Positions 22,239-36,167 are shown, counted from the stretch's first letter. The stretch: 64,000 nt of DNA from Somniosus microcephalus (GCA_052327205.1 CM126212.1:16244001-16308000), one strand, 5' to 3'. Made by a program: numbers and translations. Notes: generated by a model not told the origin, from the sequence alone.

Positions 22239-23475
22239 AAAGTTCTCCCTGGGGTTCACACACAAGTAATACTCACATGGGTGAAGTACTGATGCTCCTA
22301 TTGGTGCCAGTGGAATTATACCCCTGGGAGCCAGTGCCTTTCAGGAGAACAAAAATAAAACGTTGGATCCTGAAAGTCTGCCCGCAGCAATGGTCTAAAT
22401 CTTCCCATCTTTGCACCGCTCAGAAACCACCTCTGAGTCCAATATGCAAAGCGTTTATTTATTTTTCTTTACTCGCTGGATAAAAACTCTAGCTGCGCCA
22501 AGCCGCTCCCAGACTTTCTGCCGGTGCCTGCCGGCCATGCTGTGCCGGATAAATGGACCCGGCCGGCTTTCCATTACAGATGGCATCCAGTGAGCACCGA
22601 GGTTGCTTTACTGAGAACAGCTTCCCGGGCCTGAAAGGGTTAAAGTTATTCCCAGCGTACAAAGTGCCCTGTAGTCGGGCTGGCTCACCTCATTAACGGA
22701 TGGAGTTTGGAGTTTGCTCTAACTCCAGGTTACCAGCAGCACTTACTAAATCAAAGTTATTGAAGAATTTTTAAAAGAAGAAAGTTCTTTATCTCATTTG
22801 AATTATGTAAAATTCAACATCCATCACGAGCTTCACTTCTTAATATATGTTAAAAAAACTGTGGCGGTGACATTTTATTCAACATACATTTCAATTGCAC
22901 ATCAACATTTCAATTGCACATCATCACTTATTAAAAGAACTGGTAAGAGGTTTTCTCCGCTGTGCAGTTCTGGGCTAGCGACTCCTGCTGTGTAATGAAT
23001 TGTTTAAATCTCCAGATTGCTTCTGGAATCTTGCTCTGCGCTGCCAATGATCGACAGTCGGGATGTAGGGGACAAGCCCAGGTGCCTTCGTGCAGACACT
23101 TACTGACCATGTGACAGCAGCTCCCTGAAACGTTATTACATTTACAGCCGCCACAGGGATTACCCTGAGGTGATTGGTTAGAACATAATTACGCAGGTTA
23201 ACACTCTGGAGGGCCTTTGTAAAATAATCAAACATTCATAGAATGGTTACAGCACAGGAGGCCATTCGGCCCGTCGTGCCTGTGCCGGCTCTTTGAAAGA
23301 GCGGTCCAATTTAGTCTCACACCCCAGCTTTTCCCCCATAAACCTGCAAATTAATCCTCTTGCCTTTTGAAAATTCCAATGGATTCTGTTTCCACCGCCC
23401 TTTCAGGTAGTGCATTCCGGGTCTTAATTCCACAGGATTTAAATTATTGATACACTAAGAAGGGAATTTGAATTA

Positions 23476-23814
23476 CAGGAAACTTTGGTTTATCCGGAGG
23501 TTGTATGTCTGGAAACCTCGATCTAACGGCAGAAATCAGCAGCCGTTTTGTTAGGTTTTTTTTCTTTTTTTTTCTTCTCCTAGCATTTTTTTTTAAAGTC
23601 AGTCAGTCTCTGGAAAGACTCTCAGAAGCTGTTGCTAAGCTACAGAGACGCTTCCAAGGTACGGGCCAACTGTTTACAAGCTGTTGCTAAGCAACAGTGT
23701 TTGTTGTCAGATACGGAGATGAAAACCTCCGTATCCTTCAACATTAGCGCTGGTCTGTCCGGAAGTTTTCATAGATCGGCATCACGCCAGTCCCGGATAT
23801 CGCGAAGTTTCCTG
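23476..23814. mobile_element. Tc1/pogo (Tigger-like) MITE
   Basis: TIR CAGGAAACT...AGTTTCCTG with TA TSD. Confidence 0.8.
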
Positions 23815-23844
23815 TAGATTGTTGCCAATTTTGTTATCACATTG

Positions 23845-24146
23845 CTGTCTGTGTGGAGTTTGCACATTCTCCCCGTGTTTGCGTGGGTTTCCTCCGGGTG
23901 CTCCGGTTTCCTCCCACAGTCCAAAGATGTGCGGGTTAGGTTGATTGGCCATGATAAAAATTGGCCCTTAGTGTTAGGGGGGATTAAATACGTGGGGTTA
24001 CGGGGATAGGGCTTGGGTGGGATGGCTGTCGGTGTAGGGACCGGGTGCTAGGGTTTGGATGATCAGCCATGATCTCGTTGAATGGCGGAGCAGGCTCAAA
24101 GGGTCGAATGGCCTACTCCTGCTCCTATCTTCTATGTTTCTATGTT
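23845..24146 (+). mobile_element. HE1-like V-SINE (5'-truncated) with CR1 tail
   Basis: V-domain tgtggagtttgcacattctccccgtgtttgcgtgggtttcctccgggtgctccggtttcctccc followed by a CR1 3' UTR. Confidence 0.9.
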
Positions 24147-24392
24147 ATTGCTAGTTTAACAGCAGCAGAATGCATGGCAATATACATGAAAAATTTTGCT
24201 ATGTCCCAATTTTTGCATCCTAATTAATATCACATTATATGGAAATCCAGTTATGTGCATCGTGTCTATTTTGCCCTACTGTAGACAACAGGATCCTGCT
24301 ATCTGCACCGCCTGCCATACAAAACTGAAAAGGTGACGAGTACAACAGCTGATGGTAAGTGTGAAGAGTAAGTCCATTTCTGTAGCCACACC

Positions 24393-24591
24393 GGGGCTGA
24401 TTTTCCCCTTCACCGCCCGGGCGGGAATCTGATGGGAGTGAATCGCCCGGCTGTCTTTCATCCCATTGGAATCGATGGGATGAAGATCGGGAAGGTTCGA
24501 CAATGAGCGGGCAATCGGCTCAAGCAGGTAACCACCCAGGCTGTGAAGGTGCAAATTGTGCCACGGCGATCCAGCCATAAAAGTAGTCCCC
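24393..24591. mobile_element. Short Harbinger-type MITE
   Basis: Ends ggggctgatttt / aaaagtagtcccc. Confidence 0.5.
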
Positions 24592-24617
24592 ATAAAATGT
24601 TATCTTTAATCCCAGTT

Positions 24618-25040
24618 CATAGAATCATAGAACGATACAGCACAGAGGAGGTCATGCGGCCCATCGTGCCTGCGCCGGCTCTTTGGTAGAGCTATACAAT
24701 TAATCCCACAATTAATCTTTCCCCATAGCCCTGTACATTTTTTTCTATTCCAGTATTTATCCAATTCTCTTTTGAAAGTTACTATTGAATCTGCTTCCAC
24801 CGCCCTTTCAGGCAGCGCATTCCAGATCATAACAACTCGCTGTGTAAAAAAATGTTTCCTCATGTCACTTCAATCAGCTTAAATCTGTGTTGTCTGGTTA
24901 CCGACCCTTCAGCCACTGGAAACAGTTTCTCCTTATTTACTCTACCAGAACCCTTCATGATTTTGAACACCTCTATCAAATCTCTTCTTAACCTTCTCCG
25001 CTCTAAGGAGAACAACCCCAGCTTCTCCAGTCCCTCTACA
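24618..25040 (-). mobile_element. CR1 LINE 3' fragment
   Basis: LEKLGLFSLERRRLRRDLIEVFKIM...FFTQRVVMIWNALP. Confidence 0.9.
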
Positions 25041-25344
25041 GAGCTGAACTTCAGGGGCGTTTTCAGAAGGGAAGCAGATGTCTCTATGGACAAGTCAAGA
25101 GGCAACTCGGGGAAAATAGTCAGGAGTATTAAAAAGACTCGACGTGCCTAAAACAGTCATCAGCAAACCAGAATAAAAATTAAGTCAACAATAAAAGAGT
25201 ACTTCAAATAGAATAAGCAACAACAGCCAGATCTGATTTAAATTCCTGCTCGTGACAAATCTGAGCATGCTTGCGACTGTGCAAAATAATGCTTGTGTAA
25301 GGGATCACAATATGATGCATAACGTAACTATTCCTGCTTCGCAC

Positions 25345-25498
25345 CTTCCAAAGGCTCCATAGGTGTTGACAATTCGCAGTGGGTTGAAGGAAGTGTTCAT
25401 CATTTGTTTTGAGCTGAGCAGGTTTACAATCACTGGTAGACTGAGGTAGGCAATAAGAACCCCAAAGGAGACATTCAGCACTCGTCGAATGAAGGCAC
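25345..25498 (-). CDS. LMF1: LMF1 internal coding exon (exon 8 equivalent), 154 bp, phase 1 to 2
   Basis: Translation (G)AFIRRVLNVSFGVLIAYLSLPVIVNLLSSKQMMNTSFNPLRIVNTYGAFG(S). Acceptor ctactttttcag and donor AG|gtgcga. Phases join both neighbouring exons in frame. Confidence 0.95.
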
Positions 25499-26524
25499 CT
25501 GAAAAAGTAGACATAGAACAGAATCATTTTAAATCTGGATCGTGGGCCTGGAATACGCACTTCAGAAGTGGGGATGGGGGGGTTATCCGGGGAGATGGGT
25601 ATTATAATAGGAACATAGGAATTGCTAGACCTCAAAAAAATGAAGATCCATCTAGTTCGCCTTCTCTCATCCTGGTAGTCACACGATATAATGATAATGG
25701 AGTTATTGATTAATCATAGCAATCAATCTCTAGCAGTTAGTCTACAACAGATCCAGACATGAGGTGAGGAGAACCCCCAGTGGTGAAGAGCTTTGGGAAC
25801 CATAGGTCCAAAGTCACCTGTTCCTCCCAAGCCATGCTACACTCACCACATGTCCTGTCAAAGTCAACTGTGCCTTTGTGGGGAAAAGAAAGAACTTGCA
25901 TTTATATAGCACCTTTCTCAACCTCTAGACGTCCCAGAGCGCTTTACAGCCAATTAAGTATTTTTTGAAGAGTAGTCACTGTTGTAATGTAGGAAACGCA
26001 GCAGCCAATTTGCCCACAGCAAGCACCCACAAACAGAAATGAGATAATGACCAGATAATCTGTTTTAGTGATGCTGGTTGAGGGATAAATATTGGCCCAG
26101 GACACTGGGGCGAACTCCCCTGCTCCTCTTCGAAATAGTGCCCTGGGAGCTGAGGGGGCAGACAGGGCTTGGGTTTAATGTCTCATCCAAAAGGCGGCAC
26201 CACTGACAGGGCAGCACTCCCTCAGTACAACGACAAAGCCCCCTCTCAGAGGGAGGGCGAGAGAAAAAAAGGACCACCAGCCATTTTACCATTCCTGCAC
26301 TCACAACAGCTGTACAGGGCATTGCTGTACCCTGGGAACATTGGAGTGATGCTCTACGCTTTCTACTTCCAGCAAAACTATAGAAGCATTGAACAAGAAA
26401 TGGCCACATAAATCTTCCCACTATGTTTACAGTGTTGCTACACAGTGACCAGGAGAAAAATTCCTCGCCAGTAAAGTACGTCCCACAAGCATCTAGCAGG
26501 AACCCCAGTATCAGTGCCATTACT

Positions 26525-28292
26525 CTAGAATTCCTCCTGAAACCTCTTCGTCTCTCTAGCTCTCTCTCGCTCTCTCTCCTCCTCTAAGGTTCCCCCCTGC
26601 CCTAGCCCTGAACTCACATCTTTCTCCAGTTTCTCTCCGATCACCCCTCATGACCTCTCCGCGCTCATCTTGTCCATGAGACCCACTTCCTGCTCCCTTG
26701 ACCCTATTGCCACCAAACTGCTGACCACCCAACACCCAACTTCCTTTTCTGGCTCCCATGTTAGCGGACATTGTTAATGGCTCTCTCCTCAGGTACTGTC
26801 CCCCTCTCCCTCAAATCTGCCGTCATCTCCACTCTCCTCAAAAAAACAACCCTTGACCCCTCCATCCTTGCAAACTACCGCCCCATCTCCAACCTCCCTT
26901 TCCTCTCAAGTCCTTCAACATGTTGTCGCCTCCCAAATCTGTGTCCATCTTTCCTGCAACTCCATGTTTGAATCCCTCCAATCAGGTTTCCGCCCTTGCC
27001 ACAGTACCGAAACGGCTCTCATCAGTCACAAATGACATCCTTTGTGACTGTGACAAAGGTAAACTATCCCTCCTCATTCTTCTTGACTTGTTTGCAGCCT
27101 TTGACCACTCCATCTTTCTCCAACACCTCTCCACTGTCGTCCAGCTGGGTGGGACTGTACTCGCCTGGTTCCATTCTTATCTATCTAATCGTAGCCAGAG
27201 AATCAGCTGCAACAGCTTCTCTTCCTGCTCCCGCATCATTACCGCTGGTGTCCCCCAAGGATCTATCCTTGGCCCCCTCCTATTTCTCAGCTACATGTTG
27301 CCCCTTGGCGACATCATCCGAAAACACAGCATCAGTTTCCACATGTACGCTGACGACACCCAGCTCTACCTCACTATCACTTCTCTCAATCCTTCCATGG
27401 TCTCAATTGTCAGACTGCTTGTCCGACATCCAGTTCTGGATGAGCAGAAATTTTCTCCAATTAAATATTGGGAAGACCGAAGCCATTGTTTTTGGTCCCC
27501 GCCACAAACTCCGTTCCCTAGCCACCGACTCCATCCCTCTCCCTAATATCTGTCTGAGGCTGAACCACACTGTTCGCAACCTTGGTGTCATATTTGACCC
27601 TGAAATGAGCTTCTGACCACATATCCGCAGCATAACTAAGACCGCCTATTTCCACCTCTGTAACATCGCCCGTCTCCGCCCCTGCCTCAGCTCATCCGCT
27701 GCTGAAACCCTCATCCATGCCTTTGTTACCTCTAGACTTGACTATTCCAACGCACTCCTGGCTGGCCTCCCACATTCCACCCTACGTAAACTAGAGGTCA
27801 TCCAAAACTCAGCTGTCCTTGTCCTAACTCGCACCAAGTCCCGTTCGCCCATCTCCCCTGTGCTCGCTGACCTACATTGGCTCCTGGTTAAGCAACGCCT
27901 CGATTTCAAAATTCTCAGCCTTGTTTTCAAATCCCTCCATGGCCTCACCCCTCCCTATCTCTGTAATCTCCTCCAGCCCCGCAACCCCCTGAAATATCTG
28001 CGCTCCTCTAATTCTGCCCTCTTGAGCATCTCTGATTATAATCACTCAAGCATTGGTGGCCGTGCCTTCTGTTACCTAGGCCCCAAGCTCTGGAATTCTC
28101 TGCCTAAACCTCTCTTTCCTCCTTGAAGACGCTCCTTAAAACCTACCTCTATGACCAAGCTTTTGGTCACCTGCTCTAATTTCTCCTTATGTGGCTCGGT
28201 GTCAAATTTTTTGTCTTAAAATACTCCTGTGCAGCGCCTTGGGACGTTTTACTACATTAAAAGCGCTATATAAATACAAGTTGTTGTTGTTG
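26525..28292 (+). mobile_element. 5'-truncated L2 LINE with frameshifted RT
   Basis: NYRPISNLPFLS, LQSGFRPCHSTETAL, GVPQGSILGP, MYADDTQLY, LADLHWL, KLWNSLP and a (gtt)n tail. Confidence 0.93.
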
Positions 28293-28774
28293 TTAAGATG
28301 CTCCTTAAAACCTACCTCTGTCCTAATATCTCCTTATGTGACTCGATGTCAAATTTTGCTTGATAATCGCTCCTGTGAACCGACTTGCGATATTTTGCTT
28401 TGTTAAAGGCACTATATAAATGCAAGTTTTTGCTGTTGTTGTTATAACTTTTCAACTTCCTGTTGAATATCCAACGAGTGAGATGGGCTTGAATAGGCCA
28501 GCATGATGCTCACTTCAAAACAAACTAGCACCTGTTTGAGTAGAGCAGAACCACACAATGGCAACAAACAGTTGACCACTCCAACCAGACCGTCCTATGT
28601 TGTGACCAGCGAGAGGACCTGTAGTCCCCACGTGGGGCTCATGGGTTACCGAACGACACACGAGAGGACAGGGGAAAACTTTAAGTGATCCAGTCATTAT
28701 CAAACAAAATTTGACACCGAGCCACATAAAGAGATATTAGGGTAGACATAGGTTTTAAGGAGCGCCTTAAAGGA

Positions 28775-29208
28775 GGAGAGATTGAGTAGAATGGGCCTAT
28801 ACTCTGTGGAGTTTAGAAGAATGAGAGGTGATCTCATTGAAACATACAAGATTCTGAGAGGCTTGACAGGGTAGGTGCCGAGAGGCTGTTTCCCCTGGCT
28901 GGATAGTCGAGAACTAGGGGCCATAGTCTCAGGATAAGGGGTCGGCCATTTAGGACTGAGATGAGGAGAAATTTCCACTGAGGGTGGTGAATCTTTGGAA
29001 TTCTCTACCCCAGAGGGCTGTGGAGCCTCAGTCGTTGAGTATATTCACGGCTGAGATCGATAGACTTTTGAACTCTAAGGGAATCGAGGGGTATAGGTAT
29101 CGGGCGGGAAAGTGAGGTCGAGGTCGAAGATCAGCCATGATCTTATTGAATGGCGGAGCAGGTTCGATGGGCCGTAAGGCCTACTCCTGCTCCTACTTTC
29201 TTCTGTTC
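28775..29208 (+). mobile_element. CR1 LINE 3' fragment
   Basis: gagtttagaagaatgagaggtgatctcattgaaac and a CR1 3' UTR. Confidence 0.85.
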
Positions 29209-30212
29209 CCAATACGAGGGATGCCCATAATTGATATGCAGCGGGCACCCAACAAAGTTTCCATTTAAAAGCTGTGACAAGAGTACTAACATGTATAAAA
29301 TTTGAAATAAGTTACTGATTATTAAATTTTAAAATGCCAAGTCTAGGGAGATTGGGTGGTTGTGATGTTTCTGACAAAAATCTTATTCTGCCGTTGTTAT
29401 CTCACGGGCTTGAGCAATGCAGTCCTTGGTATGAAGTCAGAGATATCACTGCACCAATCAGTCAAATGATACAGTTACATTTACGTGATAGACTGGGCTT
29501 TCTCTTATTTATTTTATCAGTTCCTCTTGCTCAAGGTATGTTTGTTTACCAGGGCAAAGTTTTACAAAGGTTTTAAGGTAGGCCTGGAGCTTGCTAAGAT
29601 TTATTGACTGTTTATTGCTAAGTTCCAGGTGAAAGCTGTAAATTACAGTCCTGATGCACTCGGGAAATATTACCAAGGGGCAATTTAAATCCACTGGGAA
29701 TAGGGCCTAAATAGATCTTAGCAGCGGCTCAGCAGTAGCTCTCTCGCCAGAAGGTCATGGGTTCAAGTCCCACTCCAGAGACTTGAGCACAAACACTAAG
29801 CTAACGCTCCAGGGCAGTACTGAGGGAGTGCTGCACTGTCGGAGGTGCCGTCTTTCAGTTGAGAGGTTAAACAGAGACCCCGTCTTCCCTTTCAGGGGGA
29901 CGTAAAAGATCCCACGGCACTATTCGAAGAAGAGCAGAGTTCTCCAGATGTCTTGCTCAATATTTATGTCTCAACCAACATCCCTAAAACAGATTATCTG
30001 GTCCAGTATCTCACTGCTGTTTGAAGGACCTTGCTATGTACAAATTGGCTGCCACGTTTCCTACAATTACAAGAGTGACTACACTCCTCCCACCCCTCTT
30101 CATCTCACCCCATCAACATATCATTCTATTCCTTTCTTTCTCATGTGCTTATCTAGCTTCCCCTTGAATGCATCGATGCTATTCGCCTCAGCAATAAGGC
30201 AGGAAACATAAT

Positions 30213-31889
30213 GGCCTAGAAATTGGGTATAGCCCCGCTTGAGGCGTTAGAACTGGCGTTGCGCAAAGTTTATAGCCAGACGAAACTTATCGCCGCCTGG
30301 CGAGATATTGGGTTGCATCGCCCCTAAAGGGGATTGAGGCAAATTCAGGCGTTACACGGGACTCCTAAGGCGCTAATCTTCCGGCGCAACCCAATATCGG
30401 AGCAGACGGGCGCAGCGCAGGTGCTCTCTATTACTGATGACCACGAGACTTCCAGGCGCCGGCCAGCTCTTAAAGGGGTGGGTCAGTCAGCTTCAGCATC
30501 CACACTCTGCGCCTTGCAGGCCTCAGAATCGGCGCAGGCCCTTCTCTGGCACTAAAAACTTGGACCAGATGGAGAAGGTGAGACAGAGAGCAGAGCGCTT
30601 CACCAATGAGGCTCTGGAGCAATTGGTGGCCGCAGTGGATGCCGGCGAGATGTTCTCTACCCAGACAATGGCACGAGGCCGAATCATAAGGACTACCGAC
30701 GAGCTTGGAGGGATGTATGCCAGAGGGTCAACTCCAGCAGCATGGTGACCAGGAGCCCTGTCCAACGCAGAAAGAAATTCAACGACCTCACTCGGGTCGT
30801 GAGGGTGGGTGTTGTTTCTGCAAACTTCTGCATCCCTTCATTTGCACCTGACTTTATGGCTACAGGGTGGGCTGTGCCCCATTGGCCATCTGCCAGCAAG
30901 CACCCATGGCCCTTTCTGGGCACACACATGCACATTTGACTCAAGGCGTCATGTAAGGGCTCTTGCACCATGGCGGGCATGAGATGATCACTCAGGGCAT
31001 CATGTAAGGGCTCTTCCACCATGGGGGGCATGAGATGATCACTCAGGGCATCATGTAACATAACTTCCCCTCTTTTCCCCTGCAGTCCAAGCTGGCGAGG
31101 ATTGGCAAAGACCAGCTTCGCACCGGTGGAGGGCCTCCACAAGTGGTCACTCTCACGGATCTCGAGGAGAGAGTCCACCAGATTCTTGGGAGGACGTCTG
31201 AGTGGTCCTGTAACCACTGCAGCTGCCGACCCCATTGTTGACAGCGATGGTAAGGTTCTCACCTTTTATAACTGTCTCCTTCCACTTGTTCCCCCCGCCA
31301 GCATGCTTTCTCACTGTGGACCCATGTCATAGCCTTGCCGCAATCTGGCATCCCTTGCTGCCAAGCTGTCCTTTTGCTAAAGCCACTCTTCCACCTCCCT
31401 GCTTTCAGATGCTGCATCACCAGCTCGGGAGCCGGGCCCTCAAGCTGCCAGTGCCAGTGCCTCCGAAGGCTCAATGAGAAAATTACTGTCCAACAGAAGG
31501 TCAGCAACTCTCTCCAGCAACGATCAGAATGGCCAGCCCAAATGGCTGCAGCTTTTATACTAGTGCTGTCCCCTTTAAATAGCGCCCCCCGAGTCCGAGA
31601 AGGGCCTGGGAACACTCTATCCAACTGTCACTAATAGCGCCAGGCGAAAAGGTTGCGGGCGCCACCGAATATCCGGTCCGGGGCGCCAAAAAGGCGTTGC
31701 ACACTGAAATGATGTCATGATCTGCCTGCGCCCGCGAGCGAGCAAAAAGAGTTAGCGCCAGCGCTAAAAGGATACTCAATTTGGGAGGTGGCGCTATATT
31801 CACTGCGCCCGCCCGAAAATTGGGTACCGCCCCAATTCTCGGGCTCTTTAGGCGCTAATCGCTGGCGCTACCAACCGAATTTCTAGGCC
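30213..31889 (+). mobile_element. Non-autonomous PIF/Harbinger element with decayed Myb/SANT gene
   Basis: TIR ggcctagaaatt / aatttctaggcc with 3-bp TSD AAT. Coding remnants RAERFTNEALEQLV, RRKKFNDLTRVVR and, after an intron, KLAR...TGGGPP..LTDLEERV. Confidence 0.88.
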
Positions 31890-33637
31890 AATGAATCTTT
31901 ATGGGCACATTTTGTGAGGCAATGCTGCTTTACGTTGAGCCAATACGCATTTCGTGCAACAATCATGAAGGTACTGTTACATTATCTACAGTACAGTATT
32001 TAAAAGCCTTTGCACGTGGCCATATGTCTCCCTGGCCTCACTGTCAAACAGCACACTGCCATTCACTGGCCACGTTCACATACCTGGAGGTACCAGAAGG
32101 CTGCTACCACTCTTTAGGAGTGGAGGGGAGCGGGGTGAAAACAAAAACAGCATCAGTGCCACTGCTTCTTGCTTTTCTCAAAGCTCTATCAAATCAAAGT
32201 CGCATTCTTTAACAAATTGGTATTTTCGTAACTCTAAAATTCAACAGTGATCACTCAACGTAACCTGAAGCAAACCTGGCTTTCATTTCATTTCAATCCA
32301 AAGACGTTAACATTCGGGGTCTGGTAAATTAACTTTTCCCAAAGCGTAATTGCCATAAACGAATATTTATTAAATGCACGTTCTTGATATATTGGGCATT
32401 AGAGCAAAATAATGAGCCAAGGTGACAGCACGGAGCCAAGTGTTCAGTTGCTGTACTGGCACGGAGTACTTGCTGAGTAACAACATACATTAAAAGCCTG
32501 CTGGTTAATGACACAGGTGTTAACACACTGTTTATAATTGCACATACAATGTGACATACACATGAGCAATTATATTTTCGAAAACAATCATGCAATGATA
32601 TGAAAGCAACCATGGTGACGATATAATGTGGTCATTACTCCTTAACATGCAACAGGTTTTTTTTTTAAAAAAAGGAGAAAATCAAACTGGAAGACGGCCT
32701 GCCGAACTGTCACAGAAAAGCCTGAACATTACAGAGTAATACTTCTGGTCTCATTAGTGCGACAGCAGGAATACTGCATTTTTGAATCAGCGCCCTTGGG
32801 CTGGAAGGTAGAAAATCAGCCAGGATAGTTACAGAATGTTCGCTATTCTGTAACCTCGGAGCGCAAGAGAGAGACAGCGTGAGAATAGAAAGGGCATGCA
32901 TGCATGTGTCTATGTGCTCATGTGCATAACTAGCCAGCACCTACTGACATGAGAATGGGTGAGTTACTCGAGTGTACCTCATGTCCATGGTAACCGTATC
33001 TCAGAAAGCATCAACACTTTCAAATAGGTGAAGAAATTGGCCAAAACCGAAAGAGAGAGAGATATACACTACTAGTGCCTCTCAATCATGCCTTGTTTTT
33101 GTATTCTACACATCGAGCAGATAAATGGCAGCCGGGGAACACAACTTTTGCACGGCATTCTCTCTTCAATGAATCGATGAATGAAGGGTGCTGGTCATAG
33201 ACTACTTCCTTCAGTTGTATTGGTCGAATTTGACACACACAATCCTCAATTTGCCTCCAGCCAGTTATTTCTTTTAATTGAGAAATCCAGGTAAGTGGGC
33301 AAGGGTCCGATGTAGGATACCATCAAGGCTGACTAAGGTAAGCCAAAAGATGGGGGAAAGTCATGAAGTAATGATTAGGTGTTGGCAAGTTTGGGTTTCA
33401 AAAGCTTGCAGGATTGCAGGAGGCAGAGAAAACCGAGGAAGACTAGGATTCCAAACAGCTACTGTGATAAATAGATATAGAAAATGTACATCAGAAAAGA
33501 CTGAACAGGCTGGGGCTCTTTTCTCTAGAAAAGAGAAGGCTAAGTTAAGACCGAATAGAGGTCTTTAAAATTGTGAAGGGGTTTGATAAGGTAGCTGTGG
33601 AGATATTTCCACTTGTGGTGGGGGGGGGGGGGGGGGG

Positions 33638-33872
33638 CGATGCGCCATCAATTACTCAAAAGACTGAGGTTGAGCGAGTAACAACCAGGCTTTTATTAAC
33701 TAAAGAATGAAGGTCTTGTCTCGAGTGGTCGACCCGTCCAGAATACTAAGGGACTGGGAGGTAGTCACTTATATACCTGGAATAGTGGGAGGAGTCAGCC
33801 GAGGCATGTCCAGACCTGTACCTAGTGGAATACACATACAGACACAGACAGGTATAACAGTGGTTTACCACA
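33638..33872 (-). mobile_element. Solo LTR inserted in a CR1 fragment
   Basis: Minus strand begins TGTGGTAAACCACTG and contains TATATAA and AATAAA. Flanked by GGGGG on both sides. Interrupts CR1 sequence at about 33500-33910. Confidence 0.7.
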
Positions 33873-34363
33873 GGGGGAAGAGTCCAAAACTAGGGATCAT
33901 AAATGCAGGATAGAAAGGAAAAGAAGAGTATGCTGATAGGACGAGATGAAGTAGGGTGGAAGGAGGTTCATGTGGAGCAGAAACACCGGCACGGATCAGT
34001 TGGGCCGTACATTCTGTGTAAAAAATGATTCATGTTCAAGTTTGGGTACTCACAAGGCAAGTTGATCCAAACTAGCCAATTCAATTCAATTCACGTTTGA
34101 TTTGGAATTACTCTTCGTCGAGTCGCTCTTTAATTTATTTGCTGCACACTTCTGACTGTGAAGTCAGTAAGTTCAGTGTGCGTCCATTCAGGCCAATGGC
34201 AGTGATGTCCAGCATCAGTTGACATTTTGAGATCAAGGCTCGCTGTGGGAAGGACTCAAAAACTGCTGTCTTTTGTCGTGAATGAGTTAAGGAATAAAAG
34301 CAAAGTTCATGGAAAAGGCCTGTGTCAAAAACATTGGGCAGGTCGTTAATCAATATCACATAC

Positions 34364-34547
34364 CATAATGAGTAGGTGGTTTCTGACCCAGTGCCTCCTT
34401 AGCATGAATCTTGGATACTTGATCCTTGACCCCCCCTTGTCGTGAGCTGAAGAGAAAGGCCAGATTGGAGTCGTCAAAGCAGGCAATGCTTGGAACAATA
34501 GTCAACCAGTTCAAGAAGCTGAGATTCCCACTTATGATGAGTAAGAC
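34364..34547 (-). CDS. LMF1: LMF1 internal coding exon (exon 7 equivalent), 184 bp, phase 0 to 1
   Basis: Minus-strand translation VLLIISGNLSFLNWLTIVPSIACFDDSNLAFLFSSRQGGVKDQVSKIHAKEALGQKPPTHY matches the LMF1 SGNLSFLNWLT motif. Acceptor cttctctttag and donor G|gtatgt. Not in the ORF track. Confidence 0.95.
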
Positions 34548-35257
34548 CTAAAGAGAAGGGAGGAAGATCAGATTTACAGCTGCAATATACCAAGGAAGTG
34601 ACACTGTAAAGGTCTTGTACACATAATGCAGTTTGCTTTGTTGATAGAGTGGGAGTTCAATTATCATCAAACCACTTTATGTCATGGCCCATTTTTTACT
34701 GCAGAATGTCAAAACACCAAACCATTCCCTATTTCTTTCTATATACTGTACGTCAGCCTGTTTTATAACATAACGGAACAAAATTCATGCCTTTTTTTCT
34801 TACATTGTAACATTTCAACAAACCCAACATTAAATGTAAACAATTTTCTTGGCTCGTCTTGGTAGGAATTTCTAGCCTCAGAAATATATTAAATTTATTT
34901 TTAACTGTGCATGCACATACATACATAAAACCTTCATTTATCTTCCTATTGTCTTGCCAATTTAATCTTCCAATCCTCTTAATTCATACACTATTTTCTT
35001 GCGTTGCTGTTCTAAAGTTTCATTCTTTATTATAGCGACAACTCGCATTTATATAGTGCCTTTAACGCTCCAAGCACTTTACAGAGAGAGGCGATCAAAA
35101 TAGATAAAAAGGGGCAGGCATTGAGTCACGGGGGAAGAGGTTCGGAGGGGCGACTGAAAACGGTCAAAGCAATGATGAGCCTCAAGCAGATTGGATATTT
35201 TCAGTCAATAGTCAAACTAGAAAGTAGGCAGTTAAGAGAAACATCACAGGCATATGT

Positions 35258-35854
35258 GGGGGTAGAAATCCATCTGGGCCCGTTTCCGGGTCCAGACTCG
35301 GTGCTGTGCAGGCTGCCCTAACCTGGAGGGCCCGAGGGCAGCCCAGAATTGGGCCTCGTCGACATTTCAATGCACGAGCCTTTCGCGCCTCCACAGGCAG
35401 CTCGAGCATTTGACCAGTGTGAATGTCGGGCTTCTGCCGGGCAAGTCCTGGGAGGAGGGTTGCAGCGGGTAACGGGTTGGAGGGTGATCGACGACTGTGG
35501 AGTCAGAGGGGAAGCACTCTTGTTCCTCCTGCCCCCAAGAAGACGACGTTTGTAGCAACTAGCTTTTAAAAAAAAAAGACTTTTGTTTGGCGGCTGCAGT
35601 GGCCGCTGAAGAGTCCTGAGCTGGTCGTTGTCCAATATCACGGAGGGTCTTAAAACAGGAGTTAGGCCCCTCATTTAACTTATGTAAGGGACCTAACGCC
35701 ACTTTGGGGACACCTGAAAAATGGCCCGACTCAATTCCGAGTCAGATGTTTTCCAGGGGGCTTTGGGACGCAGGACATTGGTCCCCAAATTTGGACCTCC
35801 TTGCACCTGCTTTACGCCCCTAAAATGGGCGCGACGAGGTCCAATTTCTGCATC
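35258..35854. mobile_element. Probable Harbinger-type MITE
   Basis: Degenerate ends gggggtagaaat / aatttctgcatc around a GC-rich body. Confidence 0.45.
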
Positions 35855-36167
35855 ATGAAACATTAAATGGTATAGACAAGGTAAACCCTGATTACTATCA
35901 AGGTAAACCAGGAAAGTAGGACCAGAGGAAAGAATTGGAAATCTGTGAAAAGCAAATTTAGACCAAATTTCAGGAAGAACCTCTGTATTTAGAGAAATGT
36001 GCGAGGGAGGGTAGCAGAGACAGAAACTATGGGATAGACGCTACAATGAGACAGTTGGGGTACTGAAGATCCATGCTCCAATGGATGCATGGCATTTTTC
36101 ATCCCTGACTTTATCTTAAGTTCTTATCCCATATAAATCTTCTTTGTCGGCTTTGCTATGTGGCACT

